Source: Bugula neritina
Taxonomy: Eukaryota > Animalia > Bryozoa
Reading direction: 5' to 3'
DNA: 64,000 nt
NCBI GenBank assembly: GCA_964035545.1
Contig: OZ037767.1
Location: 28,970,628 to 29,034,627 of the forward strand
This document shows positions 27,201-38,100 of the stretch, in pieces. The translations under genes and the position numbers were made by a program. The notes under the pieces are model-generated. The model had not been told where the DNA came from, did no database searches, and saw only the letters and a program-made list of their open reading frames with translations. Position 1 is the stretch's first letter; the number at the start of each line of letters is the position of its first letter.

Positions 27201-28529
27201 TCTCAGACGGCATCGAGAATGACTCAGACGCCGCCACGCCCAGTAACTCCTCCCCCCAGATTCAAAGAGCTAACTCTTTCACCAGTCTCATCGGGGCAGA
27301 GGTGAATTCCTTACACCTACCTTTTACTATACTGTGTAGATATATACTTACCTCTTACTATACTGTGTAGATAGATACTTACCTCTTATTATACTGTGTA
27401 GATAGATACTTACCTGTAAATTATATTCACTGCAGACGGAGGATGGTGATGCCGGTATTCCAACATCTCACGGCATCAGACATAACGTCTCGTCCCCAGA
27501 GATCGGAAGGAAACACCACACACTGCCACACAACTACAAGCCGCCCCCTCAGGTGTCTCTGCAGAGGAAGTCCTCTAGCAGCAGTGGCGAGTCCAACAAT
27601 AACCGGACCAAGTCCTCTGCTAGCGGCAGACGCAGGAAAACAACTGGCAGGTAAAGAGTCTCTCTAACAGTTTAGTTAACCGAGTCACTCACTCTCGGCA
27701 CTCTGGTATTGCAGAGTTGTCTCTCCTCTTGAACTCGTAAGAAGCTGCTAGTTTATTAGCATCTCAAGTATCTTGTAATATCCTATACTCGGAGTTGTCT
27801 ACTTTATTAACATCACAAGTCTCGTCAGTAATATCCTACTCGGAGTTGTCTCCTTTATTAACATTACAAGGAATTTTCTTGCAGGACCCCAGTGAGCAGT
27901 TCATTTTCGGCATTTAGTTCCAGAACTAACAATACAGACTACATTTCAGATGATAGAGTGCAAGCTGGTAGTTTGGTATGTACATAGTAGTCAACTAGTT
28001 TCATTTTCAACATGTAAATACATTAAATCACTTACCCTGTAAGCTCTAGTTACTCCCTGAACAGTATATCAGAAGTCACATTGCTATATACTATACTATC
28101 CATGTTCTACTCTATACTCTTTAAGATGGTACTCAATTGTACTCACAATGTACTTTTATCTCCTATTTTCTCCGTATTTAGAACAACGCTCTAGAAGATT
28201 CTGATGATGATTTCGCAATGTCCTCGCAGCTCAACTGTGATACTGGATCTTCAATTGTTAAGACTGACTCATTTAGTAGCACGGATGGCCCTTTGATGGG
28301 GGCCGTTGACCCGCCCTGTAACCCTAGCTCTAGTGATTCCAGACCCACTCCTCTTAGCCAAGAGCCGTCAAGTTTTACACATAATAAGACACTAACGCAC
28401 TCCGTGCACAGCGCCAGCAGTCTAACCAATGGCTTAGCACACGCACACAGCAGATCTAAAAAGGCTAACCATATCGGCATGTTGAGAATGAAGAATTTTC
28501 AAGATTTCCTCAACGAATCTTCTCCGTAA
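3220..28529 (+). CDS. PLEKHG5: Pleckstrin homology and RhoGEF domain-containing G5-like protein (RBD-DH-PH RhoGEF), about 1040-1070 aa
   Basis: Phase-consistent GT-AG exons: 3220-3291 (putative start), 6499-6596, 7796-7935 (RBD-like EAIEPICISKGIEISDLGVYVG...LPLEYDIYFLTGHALHV), 9424-9707, 16110-16274, [16876-16896], 17644-17784, 18555-18611, 19612-19671/19755, 21690-21845, 22346-22441, 23722-23922, 24343-24453, 25527-25676, 25905-26048, 26437-26683, 26782-26888, 27074-27301, 27436-27650, 27885-27975, 28182-28529. DH motifs QQEALWELLYTELEYI, LFICCLLNIQ and CNRLKLHDLLVKPMQRLTRYALLL, and PH motif LEGPLKLR...DVHCVLFTDMLLFTK, match PLEKHG5 as recalled. The N-terminal low-complexity exons are less certain than the DH-PH exons. 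Confidence 0.92.
5080..5180. repeat. 19-bp minisatellite (actatatctagactatatt), about 5 copies
   Basis: Direct tandem copies in PLEKHG5 intron 1. Confidence 0.85.
6650..7018. repeat. 19-bp minisatellite (gttactgtagtagtctgta)
   Basis: Tandem array starting about 55 nt after the exon 2 donor (6597). Confidence 0.95.
8043..8415. repeat. 25-bp minisatellite (cagactatatttgtgtctctcctct), about 15 copies; each junction forms a pyrimidine tract + CAG
   Basis: Direct tandem copies about 105 nt after the exon 3 donor; explains the spurious ORFs 7948-8472, 7986-8450 and 8036-8425. Confidence 0.95.
9763..9860. repeat. 21-23-bp tandem repeat (gtgacccagtttcctaactgt), about 4 copies
   Basis: Tandem copies about 55 nt after the exon 4 donor. 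Confidence 0.9.
10026..10200. mobile_element. MITE-like foldback element (about 175 bp, about 70-bp imperfect inverted arms)
   Basis: Left arm gaaatttgctataagccgccccgagttgagggtgatcaagtgcagcag... matches the reverse complement of the right arm ...ctactgcactcagtaaccctcaactcagggctgcttatagcaaatttc. No clear TSD. Confidence 0.65.
11920..12186. repeat. 17-bp minisatellite (tctatatctggtccagt), left part, interrupted by the Tc1 element
   Basis: Tandem copies; the array resumes at 13959. Confidence 0.95.
12187..13958 (+). mobile_element. Tc1-family (DD34E) DNA transposon, full length 1772 bp, defective
   Basis: 27-bp TIRs CAGTG(A/C)TGTGAAAAAGTTTAAGGACGC (1 mismatch); TA target duplication at 12185-12186 and 13959-13960; transposase remnant inside. 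Confidence 0.96.
12585..13607 (+). pseudogene. Tc1 transposase pseudogene (frameshifts, stops, catalytic Glu lost)
   Basis: Paired-like HTH (EGYSIRKVSEKIGKVKTTVHQIIKKF...GRPKIST), IFSDES, FWGCI, FEDDNAPCH and WPAQSRDLNPIRNSW (34 residues from the second D to the position of E, here R); C-terminal SMPRRCRLVIENKGWPTKH. Split over several frames. Confidence 0.93.
13959..14085. repeat. 17-bp minisatellite, right part
   Basis: Same unit as 11920-12186. Confidence 0.95.
18660..19108. repeat. 20-bp minisatellite (tagtatctatatagtagggg), about 22 copies
   Basis: Tandem array about 50 nt after the donor of exon 18555-18611. Confidence 0.95.
19800..20561. repeat. 22-bp minisatellite (tactactagttactctactcta), more than 30 copies
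   Basis: Tandem array about 45 nt after the donor at 19756. Confidence 0.95.
22139..22330. repeat. 11-12-bp minisatellite (acact(c/t)acctgt), 16 copies, abutting the 3' splice site at 22345
   Basis: Counted 9x ACTCACCTG, 6x ACTTACCTG and 1x ACGTACCTG. Confidence 0.95.
22430..22617. repeat. 21-bp minisatellite spanning the exon/intron junction (gtcatacgtgat|gtaagtaca), 9 copies
   Basis: GTAAGT at 22442, 22463, 22484, 22505, 22526, 22547, 22568, 22589 and 22610. Confidence 0.95.
25190..25311. repeat. 32-bp tandem repeat (ctactgtaattacttgataataccacagggtt), about 4 copies
   Basis: Direct tandem copies. Confidence 0.9.
25717..25848. repeat. About 34-bp tandem repeat (tgtgtaatagagaagacaactacccactgtgtt), 4 copies
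   Basis: Fills most of the 228-nt intron 25677-25904. Confidence 0.9.
27325..27416. repeat. 31-bp tandem repeat (tatactgtgtagatagatacttacctcttac), 3 copies
   Basis: Fills most of the intron 27302-27435. Confidence 0.9.
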
Positions 28530-28648
28530 GTTAAAATATTTCCTGTTAGGTGTTACGAGTATTTCCTGTTACGAGTTGAGTGAAATTGAATCCGGTTAGA
28601 TTCTGTTTATCTCATCTGTGTTTCTGCATATGAATAGTTGATAAATAG

Positions 28649-28796
28649 ACTCTCTCTCTACAAGTACGTGTGTACTCTGTCTACAAGTACGTGTGTACTT
28701 TCTCTACAAGTACGTGTGTACTCTCTCTACAAGTACGTGTATACTCTGTCTGCAAGTACGTGTATACTCTCTCTACAAGTACGTGTGTACTCTGTC
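28649..28796. repeat. 23-bp minisatellite (ctctctctacaagtacgtgtgta), about 6 copies, in the PLEKHG5 3' region
   Basis: Direct tandem copies 120 nt after the stop codon. Confidence 0.9.
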
Positions 28797-30208
28797 AAAG
28801 CATATGGCATTCTCTGTACGGGTTTGGGATGCTAAATCTACACTGAATCTTTCAATGTTCAGCCTTTGATAGAGTAGTTAGTTTTTCTGTTTAAAGTTGT
28901 TATTTACAGGGGAGTTGAGATTTGACGAGAATTATGGTGATGAGTATATATACATGGAACTCGGCTAACATTTGTCTAGCTGAAACAGCTGAGGCAATGC
29001 CAGAATATTATGCTATGTAGGTTGGTGGCGTCTCTTACTTTTATTCCAGAATAAAGTCTACTGATGGACTGCATAAGTATACCCAGGAGAGAGCTGTTAT
29101 ATTTCTCTTGGTATAGCTGACTACATAATATTATAGTTTACTGCAATACTGAATAGAATAAGCCTTTCTTGTCTTGAGGGCATCACTAATAAATTGTAAA
29201 TTATAAATTTTATTTTTTCATATGTTTATTCCACATTGTTTACACTGGATTCAGGACTTCTAGCAATTAAAGTGTATTTATATCTTTTGTAAACTTACCA
29301 CTAACAGAACTTCATAATATATCTTTAATAATCCACCCATCTTTGAATATAATTCAGGGGTATAGGCTTGTTATTGTGATGTCATTGATTCATTTACTTG
29401 TTTATTTATTTACCTTGGATAGATTTGAGTATTACTTCTATAAATTTCTAATGGAAATATGAACTTTTTGTTTTTTCTACTTATTGGTTGTGAATGTTCT
29501 ATGCCTTATTCTGAACCATAATAATTGTATACTGCTGTAACTTAGCAACCAGTAAACAAGCTCTCTGTATAATTGTATGTAAAGTATTTGCAATCCTAGA
29601 CATGTTTTCTAATATTATGTAATCTCACTTAGTTCTACTACAGAAGATATTTTATTACCTCAAAGGAAATCTTTTAATAAGCAAGCAAATCTAATGATAG
29701 ACTATTGAATATGCATTTTATATTTTGTTGTAGAATAATAAAAAAAATTATTGATACTATAATTCCACTTTATTAAATTTTTAGGCTAAGCTGTTCGTAT
29801 ATATTAGCATATCACTCTGGTCTCAAAAATGATGTACTACTTGCTAAGAAGGCCCTATTTATTTATTGGCAGCATTGTTATATAATCCAACAGCAATTTG
29901 AAATTTTAGTACATGCATTGCAATGTCTTAAATTTTTTGAGTGTTCAGTTTTATTAAATAATCAGATGAAACTTGAGCCCAGTTTATTATGTAGTTACAG
30001 TTTACTACTAGAGAGAGCTCATTATTATAATTAAATAGAGCCTGTTATAAAACTATAGATAAAACGCAACAGTTAAAATTTAAAAGACATTTTATTACAA
30101 ATAGTATTGTATCATGTGTAGATCTATACTCTTCGGATAAAGTGGAATAAAAGTATATAAAATAATTGTGAAGTGTCACCTTTGGTCATGGAGAGTGCAA
30201 TAGTTAGC

Positions 30209-31412
30209 TCAATGTTTAAGTACCACAACTATTAGGGTTATCGCAATGCTCAACACATTGCTGCTCATAACACCTGCCCCGGACTCGCACACACTGGGTA
30301 AGTTGAGAGCCTCGTCTAAGTACTCTTGCTCATTGCTGACCTCCAACTTGTGATGAAATAGTTCACCTGCTCTCTTTGGCAATAGCTTGATGGAAACATT
30401 GCAATGGTGGCTAGTGGTCATCATGCCTTGTATACAAATGTCGCCATGGCAACACTGTAGTACCACCACCTCTTTTTCGTATTCGTGTGTGCCAAGGAAT
30501 AATGGCGATTGATTTGGTTCACTCTCGACTTCATTTTTAAGCCAACCAGAAAGTTCCTTCACGTCTTTTAAAAACCCGACTCCAAGCTTGTTGGGTTTGG
30601 GTGAAATTTCATCAGGTACTCTCCAATAAATGACTAGTTTCACACCATCCTGTGGTAAACTCCACCCAGCAAACCCTTCTGATTGGCCGAAAAGCTTACT
30701 TCTAGCGCTGAAGGCTTCTTTAGATCCGCCAATGATATTGTCTGCAAGTTGGTTTAGGCCTCCTGACTTGAGAAAGAACTCCGTATTAGTCAGGTGTGAT
30801 TTGTTAGTGTAGTTGTCTATGGTTACCATGACTACGCCCTCCTCACCCACAGCCCATTCCTTGAAGGATTGAACAGCTGAGGCTATGCTTGCACCAATTT
30901 TAAGGAAAATACTTAGTTCACCTAAAATGTTGAAATTCAGCTTTTTGAGAGCTTAAATTATATAATTTTCAAGAAAACTTCTTCAGTATTATAATGCTAT
31001 TTGTAATATTAATCCGATAGCTTTTAAAATATTTAAATGCATTCACAGTATTATATAATTAACATAACTGTATAACAAATTATAGCAATAATAAAATTAT
31101 ATATTATCTTCCCCTGTGTACTCCCTAAGTTGTTAAATAGGTACCCAAATAAATCGTGGAGTTATATTATAGTTTTGATGCTGCAAAAAGTCCATAACTT
31201 ATAGAAAGCATGTTAGTTTTACATTTTCTAGAAAACATTCAATGGCAACTTAGTATTATCCTCAATTGAATGAGAATTTCACAAGAATTGTTCTGCTATC
31301 TCCTACCTAGCCAATCAAAACCGTTTGTTATCTGAGATTTCAGCAAAGGGAAACTGTAAGTCAAAAGAGCAACAGCTATTGTTACGGAGATCACCAGTTT
31401 CATGGCTCTCAT
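30209..31412 (-). CDS. Actinoporin-like (conoporin/echotoxin-type) pore-forming toxin homologue, 272 aa, with signal peptide and putative GPI-anchor signal
   Basis: Exons 31412-31307 (MRAMKLVISVTIAVALLTYSFPLLKSQITNGFDWL, donor CTAG|GTAGGA) and 30921-30209 (acceptor ttttag|GT), phase 1. Amphipathic N-helix, then VTIDNYT...L....FLKSG.....I..GSKEAFSARSK...SEGFAGW...LVIYWRVP.....NKLGVG...IQGMMTT, the actinoporin-like beta-sandwich pattern. Ends SGAGVMSSNVLSIAITLIVVVLKH. Confidence 0.8.
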
Positions 31413-32105
31413 GCTTGTGGCTCTGTGAATCTAGAAAAGCTCAAGACATTCAGAGTAGATACTAAATCTTAGTGTCTACTCTGATTGTATAATAGGGGGC
31501 GCTCAGTACCGCCCCCTCCCTCCCCATGATCAAATTTATTCAATATTGTGTGTACCAGTATAACCAAAGGGATTTCTTTGGCTGGAAAATTCAGAAGCAT
31601 ACAAGAAGCAATATCCTACATACTCTAAATAAAGTAACACAAACATATTCAGTACAGTACATCTATCAGGGACAGTTCACTTTCCTAAAGTCAATGATTT
31701 CAATACAATTGCACAATAATTTTAAACTTGAAATTTAATATAAACGTTTCTGTGGAAGTTGATATTATACAAGCAAATTTTACTCTACAAACTATTTATC
31801 AAGCTTATATTATATTACTTCATTATTTACACACATTAATTCAGTATAAATATTTTGCAACATCATAAACAAGTTAGCCAGAACTTCTCTGCCATTATTA
31901 CTAAAAAGCATTAATAAAATTTTTAAAACAGTGTATTTGGTTATTTTGAATTATCATTTATATAATACCTAATTAGCTTTAATGTATGTAGACTACATAT
32001 ATTATGATATATACAACTTAACTTAATATTTACTTCTATCATAATTCATAGACTATTATATAAAATAGTAACAGTTGGTACAGTTTTGTCAGCTGTAACT
32101 CCTAC

Positions 32106-32278
32106 CTGAACTGCACGAACTCAATAAATAGTTGTGCTCATTGAAATATGATATAATTCATTGATTGCTGTTTGGGCTGCTGTTATTACGTAATGTCTTA
32201 CTTTAACTGGAACTAATAGCAGATAACTCCAACTGTGTCGATATGAGAAACGGGAGAAGACAACTCTAGCTATATAAA
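32106..32278 (-). promoter_or_regulatory. Putative non-coding first exon and TATA-like element of the actinoporin-like gene
   Basis: The ATG exon starts at an acceptor (ttttctag at 31431), so an upstream exon is needed. A donor CAG|GTAGGA lies at 32106/32105 and a TATA-like TTTATATA (- strand) at 32271-32278. Confidence 0.4.
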
Positions 32279-32301
32279 TCTGTGAATGTCAGCAAGAGTT
32301 A

Positions 32302-34101
<1,800 letters not shown>

Positions 34102-35103
34102 TTAGATTTTAATAGCTTCATCTAATACTGCTGTGAATGACAAACTACTACGCATATATTACTACATTATTTAAAAGAAACAGAATCTAATACTAAATAA
34201 TAGAAAATTTCAGAAAATCTTTGCTCACATTGACTGTTGAACTCACATTGACTGTTGAAACTAGCACAGGAATAAGCAATGTATAAAAGAGTATTAATCT
34301 TTAATTTATTTTTCTAAAATATTCCAGGTTGGTTGTTTAAAAGATTTTGGCATTAAAACATGTTGGTTACTTTTGCATAAAGATTACTTCCAAACCTGAA
34401 TGCCTCCAACAATTTATCCAATATTGATAGCCAACAGGAAGTGATGTCACTACTTACATCATAACTTTAAGGCATAAACTGAAGTCACACACCCACGTAA
34501 GTTAAGTAATATTTCATAGAAATAATAACAGGCTAGGGAAAAGCATTACTACGTGATTGCACACACATGTCATGTTTCACAATACATCTGCACTTTACTG
34601 CAAAATATTGGATGAATCAAAAACTGATGTTTATCGGTTTTTTGTCCAGTATTATGGCAATGAATAATTTATTAATATGTTACAACATGAAAGGTGACTG
34701 TGAATGTCGGTCAAGTAATTATGCTTTGCACAAAGTATTAGATCTCCTTCCGTACACATCATAAATATTTACAGCAATAAACCCTAAACAAGTAAATATT
34801 TGGCACCAGCAACCATACAAAAATATACTGATATATGTGCAAAAGGAATAAATGTTTGCTTTATCATATCTTAAATATTCTTGATGATGGCTAAAATTAG
34901 ATTCACAATTTCATCTAATAATTGGAGATTTCAGCCAAAAATAGTGATTCACGTTACAAAATGTTGGAGATACAAACATTGGAGACTGAAAAAATAACAA
35001 ATACTTGAAAATAGTAAGTTGAATTTACACAAACAAGAGAAATATACAGTTACAGTAGGACCGTTAGTTTGGAATCATTAGATAATGTTGTTTCTATGGC
35101 AAC

Positions 35104-38100
35104 TCAACGAGGAGTAAACACTACTTTATATCTGTCTGCAGGAAGCCAGACAAATCTCCTGGTGCCAGTGTCGGATGGTACATGTTCTTGACCTAGACTG
35201 ACATGATATCTCTGCAACGTGCTCACCACCATCAAGAATACTTCAGTTCTAGCTAGCGTCTCACCTAGACACACTCTTTTACCTGTAGGCAACAGATAGT
35301 AGAGTTTACAAAGACATGTAGTGATAAGTTTAAAGGAATGTTTCAGTCAATTTGCCGTTACTGGGTCAGTTATATTTATTGCAGAATTTGTGTTGGTCTT
35401 GGGTTGCCTGGTTTTGAGTTAATTTGTTTAAAATTTGAGCAAAATTTTGAGGTAAAAATAAATGGCATTAGAGCAAGTAATTAATAGATGAAGTTTGCCA
35501 ATTATGGAAAAAATTGGTAAAAACCGTGCAAAACAACTTAGCAACGGTGGCTATATTTTTTGCTTTAACTAATTCGTTTTAAGTTTCTTATTGCGTTAAA
35601 CTGCATAATAACTACTATATTTAATAATAAATTATTTCGTCATGTTTCACAAGGCACGCAAATGAGCTGGTTTATTACAACATCTTACCTGCGCTGAATG
35701 CAGTAAAATATTTAGATTCTGGCTTTACAAAAACACCATTTTTATTTAAAAATCTATCGGGCATAAACTTCTCTGGATCAGGATAGAGTTCTGGGTCATG
35801 CAGGGGTCCCCAAACATTGGCATAGACAGGTGTGCCTATAAATATGTTATAATAAACATAATAAAACAGGTAAAGCGTAACTGTTGCTATTTTCTGTATA
35901 AATATGAATCAATTTTATGTTCCATGCTGTCCGTTTATGCATTGTGCAACTGCATAGTGAGCTTATAATTATTGCATAAAAGATGCAAAGAACTGCAGCG
36001 GTATCTACCTTTAGGAATTTTCTGCCCTCGAACTACGACATCCTCAGCAGCTAAATGCTGTAGAGTTGTGAGAGCAATGCCAATTCTAAACAACTCAGTA
36101 ATCACCGACATTGTGTAATTCATTTTAGTTCTGTCTGCATACATGACCGTTCTTTGACCTAAAAGTAATAAAAATAATCAATTTTAGATGAATATCTGTT
36201 TCAATAAGCTATAAAAATATTTATGATTACACAAAGCTATTTGTTTTGTTTATCAGCTAGCGTAGCACCAAATATTTATGAGTTAAATTACTTTATCTGT
36301 ATTTATGTGAAATATAAATACAGATCACGCAGTGGAACAAAAGCCTTGATAGAATAATAAATATTCAAATAATTATTGCCTAACTTACTTTTTACACAGA
36401 TTCATTACTAAAGTAGAAAATTTAAAAGACATTCAGTTTATATCTGAACAACTACGAAGGGGCAGCACCAACTCACCTATGTGTTCCTTTATTTCACTGT
36501 AGATTCTTGTTTGTATTTCAGGATTCAAAACTACGTAGAGGAATGCCCAGTAAAGCTGACTGCTTGTAGTGTCTGTGCCGGCTAAATACAGCGACATTAC
36601 TGAGGTCATCAGGTTACTTTCTGCAAAAACACGGCATTCACTGATAATCTACTGTGTCTATGATAGCTTAGGTCTGTCTTTTAGTAAGAAAAGAATTGCT
36701 AATTATTCACAGTTTCTTTATCAAAGATTTATAAGAATAAAAAAACTCAATAACTGTACACCAATATGTTTGATTTAAGACTTAACTCACCCTTATATAT
36801 ACATTAAACTGGGTTCCGCAATGAAGGAATGGTGAAAATGATATAATAATAAAATATTGGGATAACTCCCTCTATGTTACTTAAATCACTGAGTGACGTA
36901 GACTGCAGGTTATAGCAACCAAGATAAAAAAAATTAAACAAGGACCTGTGTTTAGATACAAAAATTCAACAAAAGATATTATTTTAATATGGTTCTCAAT
37001 ATACGCTACAAACCAAAATTTATATAGACAACCAAAGAACTTAAGCTACTGAAACTTTTGCTGTTTTTTCAGCTAAAAATGATCAATACCTGTGAACTCA
37101 GTATTAGGATCTGCGGATCGTCTCCTCATTTCCACGAGATAATGGTCGATGTAGTCCCGAGGGTTGTCATAATCTATCACTTTCTTGTGCTCTTCTACCT
37201 GGCGGAAAGCAAACTTCAATCCAGCTTCATGTCTTCTCTTAGCTGCCTGGTATCCTGACGGATCGTACGGTAAGTTCTGCAGACAATTGAGAATTCCATG
37301 GTAAATGCTTTATGCAATATGATTATAATAAAATATAGAAAAATAAAATAAGTAAAATTATATGATTTTATAAGCACTGGGAAAAAAAATTCAACAGACC
37401 AAAGGGTCTAGCGGTTAAACATTACCAACTCCAGGCATGACTAAAAATAATTCTTACCCTCACAAATGGCACATATTTGGTCTTTTCAAAAATATCTCTA
37501 AAATCAGTAATTTGGAGGTTTTCTAGCTGCTCATCTGAGTAATCAAAGCGACTACCAAACACTACGTATGTCAGAATGTTTGAGATGGTCTGCGTGAGTT
37601 GATCTCTTATGTCCACTGGTTGACCCTTTAATTTCTCAATCGCTTGGAAGAAGAATTTCATTTCATCTTGTATAATTGATTCCATTCCTTGGTTGCCTGC
37701 CAACATGAAGGAAATGCACATACAGACAAAGATTCTCTTGATAACGGGCAGAACATTTGCAGGAAACGTCATGGATACGAGACCGTTGTTTTTGCCAAAA
37801 ATATTTACCGGTGTCTGTTTTGTCAGATTAAATCGGTTGAGACAGGTAACATGAGACACTGGAGCCATTTTTAGAAGCAAAGATTTATGAATAAAAACAG
37901 CTGTATATTTCCAAATCTAGCCTCAAAAGGTAAACACTGCTTAAAAAGTGACGAAAGAAGCCGCAAAAAATGTTTAATGGTTGAACTTTGGCCTTTTGTG
38001 CCCAAAGGATGACCACACAGAAAGACAGCCAGAGTAAACACATGTGTATGGTACCATTATCTCTGCGCTCATAGCACCACACCTATCATTACTTTGTTAT

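Noticed and set aside
6650-28796. Possible CRISPR-like arrays
   Set aside because: Units are head-to-tail with no unique spacers, there are no cas genes, and the context is eukaryotic introns.
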